This document shows positions 27,101 through 34,834 of a DNA stretch of 64,000 nt, piece after piece; position 1 is the first letter of the stretch; each line of letters starts with the position of its first letter. This DNA is from a virus, in IMG/VR virus record IMGVR_UViG_3300010965_000002, positions 64,001 to 128,000 of that record. One strand, 5' to 3'. The translations under genes were made by a program, and so were the position numbers. Under the pieces are notes generated by a model that was given only the letters and a program-made list of their open reading frames with translations, ran no database searches and was not told the DNA's origin.

Positions 27101-28019
27101 ACGTCTGGGTCTGACGTTGGAAAATTTAGGTGGTTCAAACTATGCTGAATTGACTACAACGCTGCCTTCGACTATGGGTACGATTTACGAGTGCGAACTT
27201 GTACTGACGCCTGCAGGCGCAACACTCAATGTGAATGGTGAAACATTGAACAACGTGTTTGACTCAAGCACTTGGGGTGACAGTCTGACAGCGTTCCAAG
27301 TCACAAACGTGGTGAACGCCATCTATCTGAACCGTATGCGTATGGCTTACAAGCCTGTGCTGTCGGTTGTGCTGCAAGAGGACTTCAATGGTGCTGCTGG
27401 TACGTTTGTGCCTCGTGCTCCAACATTGCCCGGAACTGGCTGGTTGACTGACCATGCCACACCTAGTGCAACTTGGCCGAGCATGGTGCTGGACGGCGCT
27501 GGTGCTTTGGTGACGCCTTTTGTGAACGGTAACTCCTACAACGGAGGAGTTACCGTAGCAAAACAAGTGGATGTGGTTGACCCTAACAATGGTGATCTGT
27601 CTTACGGAATACCTACTCAGCTTTCGAGCATTGAGTTTGATATTTCCACAGGTACTGCGTTCCGCACAGGTGGTACTTACATGTTCGCTATCTACTTACG
27701 GTTCGCCGCAGCAGATCAAGGCTTTGAAGACTACCTTAGTTTGTCAGCATACCGCGATCAAACGACTGGACAAGCCACTTGGGAGTATCAAAACGACTAC
27801 GGTGGAAACTACGACACACAAACGTTGCCTCTGGTGTTCACTGCAAACACTGATTACCTGGTAGTGATTACGAAAGTAGGCGCTACATTGGAAATTCGTG
27901 TGAACGGTGCGTTGATTTGGACGGTGCCTTTCGTGCAAGGCGATCAGCCTTTGTTGAGCGCCAACCTGCGTCAGCACAGCGGTAAGATTCGCTCACTCAA
28001 GGTATCTGGTTTAGGCTAG
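24198..28019 (+). CDS. large multi-domain virion adhesin-like protein (1273 aa; Ig-like, PPC-like, PKD-like, lectin-like modules)
   Basis: DTEIAVYDSLGHLIAQDDSSG..GLTPGATYYLAV (PPC-like); FAATPLSGTAPLVVTYQDLS (PKD-like); C-terminal ConA-like patterns. Confidence 0.72.
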   Translation: MATAAEQTREIIIPHNGSTLDRLPTVNVHLSAPLGPNMALKLYINEVLSTENSSEISPTEYIFSPQCSPGVYTFRVDVVQTASGSNVIGTRPSNVRNIKVEDVNQGWSAAINQDGPYARGNAGTSDNFDDFNWHDSFWLAVIGNVKVTDIVRWATSWAPGSDGDLPPVVVQHTAQAGLPHRLELQARLGSKGSVSYSSGVMTVTLMVNEVALGDVLELTLEDDQTDSHAESATWRVVGPLVPPVSIHLSDSVTMLPVDNSAGVVWYDFVVPGTNPVVIDTVGGTADTEIAVYDSLGHLIAQDDSSGNDAFDSSLLTLTGLTPGATYYLAVGEYQMTFGTDNWQVTQPDGSTGEAVVLNANLSYVATPLAYAFENFAFASIQAPTGSATFRHTLTGSGAAAVVDLYGVADVVLETSSPGTTSTRLVPIYSRLLGGAIDGYEFWENGSMVSSAPWDPYDTTEQTVRPVAISEHLYNGHSPAANRFVRFILSPDWSIEMTTAFDGQLTAATFTGVWAGKAISRTPALVQTLELDKTFEVNPVVPVTNPFSITWDYSSSANGNIRTDTDLPPGYGTPTPGVSRYLLKNGMAVTASMTMQANAGPNTVLQPGDIVILQGVMHVGTLTGTEDSQTRNVGGGYSPLTHTVTEHPSYIGDENLQLLGEQGVDWASTRTQCSYPLGLDARTFTIKATPTIDPTTGACDFWYGPFFTLTQAEMFAFGNTSELISTINGIAIYRGGVSPANLIFSDVNREIFKMRSEVREDPAQALVQNFAATPLSGTAPLVVTYQDLSNFPTTDVSYTVTGLLVNATTDTIGMQGVYDVMQEVRRPDTTLSQVTKTAYLTVNERTYPSDAPYVDIFRDEYNGVVIDIASHVPNLAPVDAVVTGTNVFTTGNGYVHRQDTSQMYLRVDTARPTGTNFDYKLAWSMAFAEQVFTNGTLFFAHIFGNDYGGMNGGNPGYAAVRVFRQAGAVRLGLTLENLGGSNYAELTTTLPSTMGTIYECELVLTPAGATLNVNGETLNNVFDSSTWGDSLTAFQVTNVVNAIYLNRMRMAYKPVLSVVLQEDFNGAAGTFVPRAPTLPGTGWLTDHATPSATWPSMVLDGAGALVTPFVNGNSYNGGVTVAKQVDVVDPNNGDLSYGIPTQLSSIEFDISTGTAFRTGGTYMFAIYLRFAAADQGFEDYLSLSAYRDQTTGQATWEYQNDYGGNYDTQTLPLVFTANTDYLVVITKVGATLEIRVNGALIWTVPFVQGDQPLLSANLRQHSGKIRSLKVSGLG

Positions 28020-28235
28020 AAACGGACAACCCAAGTTCAAAGACCTCAAATCTGAGAGCTTGGGTTGATCAAAAAGGGCGTACTCTAATTTAACATCCAT
28101 AGATTGACGCATAAAGTCAACTGTTGAATTGTGTGCGCAGGACTCATACGGAACACAGGTAAATCTGGGTATGTACCGACACAAACAAATTGCAACTGCA
28201 CCTGCTGTGTGCAGTAATTTACAAAAGGGTCTCAA

Positions 28236-29846
28236 ATGAGTGGAATTCTATTCGTTGACACCGTTACCCATGTACCTGCTGTATGGGCCAACGCGGTCAA
28301 TACTCTGGTCTACGACATTTTCGGTGCATCTACTACTTTAGCCCAGGCGCAACAACGTCTTGGGCTACAGTCGCTTGCTTACCAGCTTCACAGCCAGGTA
28401 AACATCACGGGTGGCAACATCAATGGTGTGGAAATGGGTACGGTCACTCCGGTAACACGGCTAGTAACTAAAGCAGGCTCAGTCATTGACGACCCTGTGG
28501 CTGACATTGACATTGTGAACAAAGGTTGGATGCGCGCCTGGATTCAAAACGCTCTGACCACAACGCAAACCGAATGGTTGGGTGGCCTTGGCACAATGGC
28601 CGTGCAGAACGCCAACAACGTTCGTATCATTGCAGGCACGATTGACAGCACAGACATTGGTTTACATGGTAGGGCCAGTGGTAAGTTCACCACGCTGAAA
28701 GCGTCAAATCCCCCGATTGACGGCGATGATGTAGTTACCTTAGGTTGGTTGACACAGCACTATGACGTGCGCCTCAATGCGTTACGCAGTATGGCGTATC
28801 AGGATGCAAATTCTGTAGCTATATCAGGTGGTGAAATTGACGGCGTGCGCATTGGGCTTACAGTGCCATCGGTAGCCCGTCTGGCAAACGGCACTATCAT
28901 TGCAGCGCCTACTACATACGAGAGCCTTGTAAATAAACGCTACGTAGACAGTAGCATCAGTGCAGCCTTGTCCAATCTCAAGACTATGGCATATCAGGAC
29001 AGTTTTGCTGTCTCGATTACAGGCGGCACAATTGACGGTACGGACATAGGCTTGACTGCGCCTTCGCGTGGCTTGTTCAGTGATCTGACAGTGCAAAAGA
29101 ACGCAGCCTGGCTGTACTTGAAAACACTGAGTACCGGTCCTGGCAATCTGAGTGGTATTCAATGGCGTGATGGTGTAAACGAGGTTGGCCGTTTGGCTTA
29201 CTACGGTGCAGACAATCTACCTTTGAACAACGCAATCGAACTTCGAGCTACAGTACCTATCCAGATTCAAAGCGACTCTGGTGCAGGTATCCGTATGGAC
29301 GGGACGAACACTCGCGTGTACGGACCTAACGTTCGGATTATCGAAGCCCTCAGTGACAAGTTGATTGTTGGTGGAGGCGCTGCGAAGACTGGATACGCTG
29401 CGACTTTCAATCGTCCTGGCTGGTTTGAAGCACTGGGCACGAAGCGCGGTTTCTTTGAACAAGGTCAGAGTGATGGTTACGACACTACCTATGCAACGGT
29501 AGCGGCTGGAACCCTGACGTTGCAAACGCATCAGAACAGTGCCGCGTTTATTAACCTAACAGGTAACGCCACAGTTCAGTTTGCTGCACAAGATGCTACT
29601 TGGGTTGGTCTTCGCGTAGTCCGGTTAATCATTCGCCACGATGTAGGCGGACGCACACTGGGCTGGCCGTCTAACGTTTTCTGGGTTGGTGGTTTTGAAC
29701 CTGACTATTCAACGTCACTGGCTCAAGACTTCGACCTCGTAGAACTGTGGACTTTCAACGGCGGCGCAAGTTGGTTCGCAAAATCCGCTTACGGAACTCT
29801 CGATACGGCCTCGGAAGTGGTCGCAATCCTCATGGCAGCAAACTAA
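28236..29846 (+). CDS. tail fibre-like protein, family member 3
   Basis: VDTVTHVPAVWANAVNTLVYDIFG N-terminus; four MAxQ..ITGG modules; C-terminal WPSNVFWVGG..TFNGGASWF domain. Confidence 0.78.
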   Translation: MSGILFVDTVTHVPAVWANAVNTLVYDIFGASTTLAQAQQRLGLQSLAYQLHSQVNITGGNINGVEMGTVTPVTRLVTKAGSVIDDPVADIDIVNKGWMRAWIQNALTTTQTEWLGGLGTMAVQNANNVRIIAGTIDSTDIGLHGRASGKFTTLKASNPPIDGDDVVTLGWLTQHYDVRLNALRSMAYQDANSVAISGGEIDGVRIGLTVPSVARLANGTIIAAPTTYESLVNKRYVDSSISAALSNLKTMAYQDSFAVSITGGTIDGTDIGLTAPSRGLFSDLTVQKNAAWLYLKTLSTGPGNLSGIQWRDGVNEVGRLAYYGADNLPLNNAIELRATVPIQIQSDSGAGIRMDGTNTRVYGPNVRIIEALSDKLIVGGGAAKTGYAATFNRPGWFEALGTKRGFFEQGQSDGYDTTYATVAAGTLTLQTHQNSAAFINLTGNATVQFAAQDATWVGLRVVRLIIRHDVGGRTLGWPSNVFWVGGFEPDYSTSLAQDFDLVELWTFNGGASWFAKSAYGTLDTASEVVAILMAAN

Positions 29847-29854
29847 GGTAAATC

Positions 29855-30247
29855 ATGGCCCAACTAATTTGGAATGTACAGAACGCGGTAAGCGTAACAA
29901 TCACCCCAGGCATCGGCACCGTCGCTGCGGCTGGAAATGTCACAGTAAACCCAACGGTTTCAACAACCTACACGCTGACGGCAACTGACCGTCGTGGCCG
30001 TCAAACGGTTGCAACCGTGGTCTTAGGGCCACCTGCTGTTGGCACTCCACCTGTCGGCACACCACCAGTGGGAACTCCTCCGGTTGGAACACCGCCTGTA
30101 GGGACGCCGCCCGTCGGTACTCCACCTGTCGGCACACCACCAGTGGGAACTCCTCCGGTTGGAACACCTCCTGTAGGGACGCCGCCCGTCGGTACTCCAC
30201 CTGTCGGCAGTCCAGTTGGAAGCCCTGTAGGCTCGCCAGTGGGTTAA
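29855..30247 (+). CDS. small Ig-like domain protein with PPVGT repeat tail
   Basis: LIWNVQNAVSVTITPG..PTVSTTYTLTAT Ig-like strand pattern, then 14 PVG units ending PVGSPVG-stop. Confidence 0.75.
   Translation: MAQLIWNVQNAVSVTITPGIGTVAAAGNVTVNPTVSTTYTLTATDRRGRQTVATVVLGPPAVGTPPVGTPPVGTPPVGTPPVGTPPVGTPPVGTPPVGTPPVGTPPVGTPPVGTPPVGSPVGSPVGSPVG
30047..30244 (+). repeat. coding repeat: 10 PPVGT + PPVGS + 2 PVGS + PVG, with a 75-bp higher-order duplication
   Basis: 75-bp block at 30047 repeats at 30122 with one substitution; third partial copy at 30197. Confidence 0.95.
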
Positions 30248-30248
30248 A

Positions 30249-30295
30249 AAGATGTAAATACATCTTGGCGAACAAGACCGCGCCTGTACGGTCTT
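30249..30295. promoter_or_regulatory. two adjacent hairpins, the first containing TGTAAATA
   Basis: AAGATGTA-AA-TACATCTT (30249-30266) and AAGACCG-N8-CGGTCTT (30274-30295). Confidence 0.5.
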
Positions 30296-30317
30296 ATCAA
30301 CTTACCTAGAGGTAAAA

Positions 30318-30725
30318 ATGAAACGCAATTTTAATGTAAAGCTGACCAATCTCAACGGTGGCATCCTCGTGCAACGTGTACCGCATCCAGAAGGTGGTAA
30401 CGAAAAAGATGAGCAAGGCAACGACATCAAAGGCGCCGACGGTCAGCCTGTTGCACGTTCGACAACGCAAGAACTGATTGCCAGCGATCTGGTGTGTACG
30501 GCCCTGCTGAGTCCTTTCAACGACGAGCAACCTTCCGCAGAAGAAAAGCACAAGCGTTTCAAGTTGGCACAACGTATCAACGCAGGTCAACAACAGGCAG
30601 CGAACGACGGTGGCACTACGGAAGTGGACATCACCTCGGAAGAGGCCACTCTGATTAAGAACCTGAGCGCCAAGTTGTATGCACCGTTGGTGGTTGGTCA
30701 GTTGATCGACATCATCGAAGGTTAA
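30318..30725 (+). CDS. tail fibre-associated chaperone-like protein
   Basis: EEKHKRFKLAQRI..DITSEEATLIK..LYAPLVVGQL pattern seen next to phage fibre genes; GAGG RBS. Confidence 0.55.
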   Translation: MKRNFNVKLTNLNGGILVQRVPHPEGGNEKDEQGNDIKGADGQPVARSTTQELIASDLVCTALLSPFNDEQPSAEEKHKRFKLAQRINAGQQQAANDGGTTEVDITSEEATLIKNLSAKLYAPLVVGQLIDIIEG

Positions 30726-30728
30726 ACA

Positions 30729-31592
30729 ATGAAATTTCAGATTACGAGCGCGGGTTTTGCTGCTGCGTTTGCTGCCTCCAATCAAGGGCCAGAAATACGC
30801 ATCGGAGAGTTCCGAATAGGTGCTGGTGTCGGCTATTCCCCCGCCGTAACTGATACTGCACTGCATGGAGCGGAGCTATTCACTGGGACGCCAACTGGCT
30901 ACCGAGTTATCGACCCTAATACTTGCGAGTTCACAATTCGCATGGATGAAACGGTAGGTACATGGCAGTTTGGTGAAGTAGGCTTGTATCTACTTGACGG
31001 CACCTTGTTTGCACTTGGTGCTTTGCAACGTCCTCAGTGGAAAGCTGCGTATCCTGACCGAGACTTCAACCGTTACAACGTCAAGATTCGGTTGATTATC
31101 AACGGGGCGATTCCCAAGATTGAGCTAGTCGTTCAACAGATCACTGCTGGTGTTATCTGGGAACTGCCAAGCGTTGACTATCTCCCTATGTTGCTGGATG
31201 CACAGACCAATGTGTATCTGTGTCACAGTCAGGACGAAAACGGTAACGATGCCTTGTGTACGATGGGTGATAATCGCTGGACGATTAACACGCATTTGCG
31301 CAGACAAGCCTCCGGCATCATCACGGCTGTCAACTTAGCAGGCACACAACTTTCTTCTCCCGTCATAGTGCTTGCGGACTCAACCCACGGACGCTATCTG
31401 ATTCAGTTTACAAGTGGCGCGGCAAAGGGTTTGGTGCGTGAAGTCGCAAGTCTGAGCTTCGGTCAAGCTACATGGCTAACACCTGAAGTCAACGTGGCTG
31501 TAGGCGATACTTTTGAATTGTTGCAAGGTAACTCAAGCAGCGATACGAGTGGTGGTGACGACGCCTTCTTCTTTTCGCTACTAGGAAAATAA
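30729..31592 (+). CDS. tail fibre baseplate-attachment protein (DUF3751/P2 gpH N-terminal-like)
   Basis: ITSAGFAAA..IGEFRIGAG..D.ALHG..GTWQFGEVGLYLLDGTLFA. Confidence 0.75.
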   Translation: MKFQITSAGFAAAFAASNQGPEIRIGEFRIGAGVGYSPAVTDTALHGAELFTGTPTGYRVIDPNTCEFTIRMDETVGTWQFGEVGLYLLDGTLFALGALQRPQWKAAYPDRDFNRYNVKIRLIINGAIPKIELVVQQITAGVIWELPSVDYLPMLLDAQTNVYLCHSQDENGNDALCTMGDNRWTINTHLRRQASGIITAVNLAGTQLSSPVIVLADSTHGRYLIQFTSGAAKGLVREVASLSFGQATWLTPEVNVAVGDTFELLQGNSSSDTSGGDDAFFFSLLGK

Positions 31593-31593
31593 T

Positions 31594-31908
31594 ATGGCAA
31601 TCAAAATCATAGGTCGCGGCATTCATGCGTCGGCGACCCCAAACGAAATTGTCTACACACCGCCTGGTGATGTGATAAGCGCAACCATTGCGACAGGTAC
31701 GGTTGAAAACATACTGCCGATAGGCGCTAAGTTGTTTATACGCATCGGTGGTCGTGGCATTTGGGTAATCAAAGGCAAAGATATTCCAGTCATGGGCGCG
31801 CCTCTCGTGCTGCCACCCATTACACTCAATCCTGGTGAATGGTTGGAAGCGTGGAGCGATACACCAAATGCACTTGACATTAACATAACGATTGGTGAAC
31901 AACGATGA
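31594..31908 (+). CDS. small beta-sandwich virion protein (104 aa)
   Basis: VYTPP..LNPGEWLEAWSDTPNALDINITIGE pattern; between fibre genes. Confidence 0.6.
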   Translation: MAIKIIGRGIHASATPNEIVYTPPGDVISATIATGTVENILPIGAKLFIRIGGRGIWVIKGKDIPVMGAPLVLPPITLNPGEWLEAWSDTPNALDINITIGEQR

Positions 31909-32414
31909 GCGGCTTTTTATTCCCCACAATGAGTCAAGGACCCAGCGACGTGTATATGGCGCGTGGTCGTCTGAGCCTCAGCGGTATTGGTGACTGGTAT
32001 AACGCTACGGCGTTAGGTGCTTATGAAGCACCTGCCAGTGAGTACACCAGTTATTCACACGCTGGTCCTTACATTCAAGATGGTCTGCTGCAAGTCCACC
32101 GTAGTGGTGCCTTTGTAGTTCAGTATCTTACGTATGCAAACGGCCAAACGTATTCTCGCGTGAACAGCAACGTAACAGGCAGCGGCGTTTGGACAGCCTG
32201 GACATTGTTAAGCGGTGGCGTGGTTGTAGGTACTCCAGTTGGTACTCCAGTTGGTACTCCAGTTGGAACGCCCGTAGGTACTCCAGTTGGTACTCCAGTT
32301 GGTACTCCAGTTGGTACTCCAGTTGGAACGCCCGTAGGTACTCCCGTAGGTACTCCAGTTGGAACGCCCGTAGGTACTCCGGTAGGTACTCCAGTTGGTA
32401 GTCCAGTGGGCTAA
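31905..32414 (+). CDS. pyocin-knob-like fibre domain protein with PVGT repeat tail
   Basis: GLLQVHRSG..VQYL..TYSR..WTAW knob motif; 15 PVG units ending PVGSPVG-stop. Confidence 0.75.
   Translation: MSGFLFPTMSQGPSDVYMARGRLSLSGIGDWYNATALGAYEAPASEYTSYSHAGPYIQDGLLQVHRSGAFVVQYLTYANGQTYSRVNSNVTGSGVWTAWTLLSGGVVVGTPVGTPVGTPVGTPVGTPVGTPVGTPVGTPVGTPVGTPVGTPVGTPVGTPVGTPVGSPVG
32235..32411 (+). repeat. coding repeat: 13 PVGT + PVGS + PVG (12-bp unit)
   Basis: Counted from DNA; units CCAGTTGGTACT, CCAGTTGGAACG, CCCGTAGGTACT intermixed. Confidence 0.95.
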
Positions 32415-32428
32415 TTAGGACAAATGTC

Positions 32429-33025
32429 ATGGCATATACTTTAATAGTAGAAAAAGAAGAGGCTCGGATTGTTTTCATTCGTGATGCAACCGCGCCTCTA
32501 CTGCTCGACGCTTTGTGGCCGCCTGTTGGATATAACTATCTGCACTGGCCCTTTGCGGTGTCCGACGAAGTGCTAGCCGCGCCGTGGAACTACGTGATTC
32601 AAGGCAACAAAATTGTTGCCTCGACTTATACCTTTCAAAGTAACGCTATCGAAAACGCAAAACGTGGTGGATTACTTGTACAGCTTGCGCGGGCAACTAA
32701 TAGACATCGTCGCATGGTCTTGAAGGAAGATATACAAGGTCAAGCCGATGTGTATCGTCTGAAAGCAGACGAGGCTACACGCTTCTTAGCAGATACTCAA
32801 CAAAGTCCAAGTGCATTTCCTTGGCTGTCTGAGACTGCGGCGTTTGAAAGCCTCACCCTTGAGCAATCCGCAAATCAGATAATGTTTCGACATACGCAGC
32901 AGCAAGCAATCCTGCGGCATACTGAGAATCAACGTCGGTGGTTTACACGTCGTATCCTGACAGCGGGTGTTAACGAACTTGAAACAGTAAGAACAGAGTT
33001 GACAGACTATGAACGCAGAGGTTAA
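32429..33025 (+). CDS. tail fibre assembly-like protein
   Basis: QADVYRLKADEATRFL..FPWLSETA..LEQSANQI pattern typical of genes following fibre genes. Confidence 0.6.
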   Translation: MAYTLIVEKEEARIVFIRDATAPLLLDALWPPVGYNYLHWPFAVSDEVLAAPWNYVIQGNKIVASTYTFQSNAIENAKRGGLLVQLARATNRHRRMVLKEDIQGQADVYRLKADEATRFLADTQQSPSAFPWLSETAAFESLTLEQSANQIMFRHTQQQAILRHTENQRRWFTRRILTAGVNELETVRTELTDYERRG

Positions 33026-33698
33026 ACCTTCATGGTGGTATGGTGATGATAGTACCAAGCAAGTGCCTGGTCAATTAGTACCTGCCGATAATCCAGTGCC
33101 GTATTGGACAAGCCAATTACTGAATGAGTCAGAAGCAGATGCCATCTACCATGCAGTGATTGCCCAATATACCCGCAAACAATTGCATCGTGTGTACAAC
33201 CCAGATGGTCAAGGCGATCAAATCAATCTTGACAGTCGATACACGCATGCCTACGACTTCTACCAAGTTCCTGGTGCTGCGGACATTGAAGCCCGCTTCA
33301 ACGCGGAGGTCGCACGCTGTGCAAGAACGTGGTGGAACAAAGAATCTGTGCCTGTGTACACGCCGCAGATTCTGGGCTATGAAGAAAAATGTCGGTTCCG
33401 CACTCATTGTGACAACAGTATTTGGAATGACCAAGGCTGGACTCAGAATGACCCGATGCGAGACGTTACGGCCTTGCTGTACGTCAGTGATTGTGTGCCA
33501 ACGGTCACCCGGCCGAACCAGCACAGCGGAGGTGAGCTAGTGTTAGATAACGTACAAACGGCAAATGGCCCAGTACGTATAGCTCCCAAAAAAGGTCAGT
33601 TTGTGATGTTCCCGTCACATCCTGTTTACCGTCACCAAGTAACGCCAGTCACTCGCGGTTATCGTATCGCGTTTGTAAACTGGTGGAGCCTAAGGTAG
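33009..33698 (+). CDS. 2OG-Fe(II) oxygenase, prolyl 4-hydroxylase-like
   Basis: HCD..TALLY..GGEL..MFPS..RHQV..GYRIAFVNW (HxD...H...R). Confidence 0.9.
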   Translation: MNAEVKPSWWYGDDSTKQVPGQLVPADNPVPYWTSQLLNESEADAIYHAVIAQYTRKQLHRVYNPDGQGDQINLDSRYTHAYDFYQVPGAADIEARFNAEVARCARTWWNKESVPVYTPQILGYEEKCRFRTHCDNSIWNDQGWTQNDPMRDVTALLYVSDCVPTVTRPNQHSGGELVLDNVQTANGPVRIAPKKGQFVMFPSHPVYRHQVTPVTRGYRIAFVNWWSLR

Positions 33699-33704
33699 AT
33701 CGAA

Positions 33705-34409
33705 ATGCTCAAACTAAAACCGCAATGGTCTTTACGTCAACGCTCTGATGGTAGCTGGTCCCTGACTAGCGAGAATTACCATCAGGCAGTTCTCCCCGAA
33801 TATGCCGCTATTCTCCAAAAGCTAGTTCCAGGTGTTGAACCAGACACTTTGACCGACGCTGAATTCGATCAGATTGAGTACCTCACTGATCGCGGCTTCC
33901 TGAATGTTGATAACCACCCCGATGCGCCAGCTTGGGAATTGTGTGGTGCCAACTTCCATTCTGTTCAGGAACAACTCAAGCACGTTACCTTCTTCGTTGT
34001 TGACACTACGCCTAACGGTGTCGGTGCAACAATCCGTGAGACTCTCTTAACTTCTGGTCTACAGGAACAAGAGATTGACCCACGTCTGACTATCGCAGTC
34101 AGTGATTCATACCAGACGTTACCAAATGTTAAGGGTAACATGCTGCCAGTTGTTTGCAACCGTATGCGCGTGACTGTCGGCCCAATGGTGTTTCCATGGG
34201 GTACGCACGTTCGTGACAGTGTACTTGCGTCAGATCATTATCTGCCACAGCCTGGATACCAATTGCCTCATGCCTTTGACCAACTGCAACGCGGTTGGCT
34301 GGCTGTTGCCATATTGCAATTCATAGGCACCAACAAACTACGCTATGTCAATTTCTTTGTTGAATACAACATGGCACAACAGGAGTTCAAGCTATGGCCT
34401 GCGAAATAA
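33705..34409 (+). CDS. TOMM/LAP-type leader peptide-binding protein (RRE plus E1/ThiF-like scaffold), stand-alone
   Basis: LKPQW..LTSE..YAAILQKL..YLTDRGFL..AWELCGAN..LTIAVSDSY..VTVGPMVFP follows the cyclodehydratase C-protein N-terminal consensus as I recall it; no CxxC, no YcaO domain. Confidence 0.68.
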   Translation: MLKLKPQWSLRQRSDGSWSLTSENYHQAVLPEYAAILQKLVPGVEPDTLTDAEFDQIEYLTDRGFLNVDNHPDAPAWELCGANFHSVQEQLKHVTFFVVDTTPNGVGATIRETLLTSGLQEQEIDPRLTIAVSDSYQTLPNVKGNMLPVVCNRMRVTVGPMVFPWGTHVRDSVLASDHYLPQPGYQLPHAFDQLQRGWLAVAILQFIGTNKLRYVNFFVEYNMAQQEFKLWPAK

Positions 34410-34825
34410 GACAGTGCAACGCCAGTGATGAACGGCAGCTACGCAGGTGGCTGTTAGTCCATGATCCTGTGTTTGCAATGCACCGCCAACTCAAGGACTA
34501 CTTTCTGGCACCTACTGAAAGTTTCGGTGTGCTCTGTACGTTTGTAGAGAACGAAATCAAGAGCGCCTGTTTCTTTTCAACGTATTCAAACAAGTCGTTT
34601 ATCCACCTTTACATTGGTGACGTATCTGATCTTGAAGCCTTTCGTCAGTACATGAAGTTTCCATGTCAAGCATTCTTGCGTCCTGAACACGCACCGGATG
34701 CAGCATCAGGTTGGAAAAATGTGTTGGACGTAACACCAGGCTTTATGGTAGATCATCCAGCGTACAACGGTGTGTTCTCGCGTGTTGCTCCTCGTTTCGC
34801 AGGCGCTGTCTACGAACATCCTTGA
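34394..34825 (+). CDS. hypothetical, possible GNAT-fold protein
   Basis: N-terminal EIRQCNASDERQL resembles GNAT beta1-alpha1; no clear acetyl-CoA loop. Confidence 0.45.
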   Translation: MACEIRQCNASDERQLRRWLLVHDPVFAMHRQLKDYFLAPTESFGVLCTFVENEIKSACFFSTYSNKSFIHLYIGDVSDLEAFRQYMKFPCQAFLRPEHAPDAASGWKNVLDVTPGFMVDHPAYNGVFSRVAPRFAGAVYEHP

Positions 34826-34834
34826 AAGACGGTC

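Noticed and set aside
28020-28235. tRNA or other known RNA gene in the large intergenic gaps (also 21621-21825)
   Set aside because: No T-loop GTTCRA, no cloverleaf, no CCA end
30047-30211. Possible DGR template/variable repeat pair
   Set aside because: Copies are tandem, differ at one G/T site rather than at adenines, and no reverse transcriptase is in the window
32235-32411. Short DNA repeats resembling a CRISPR array
   Set aside because: Units are contiguous 12-15 bp codon repeats with no unique spacers, and no cas genes are present
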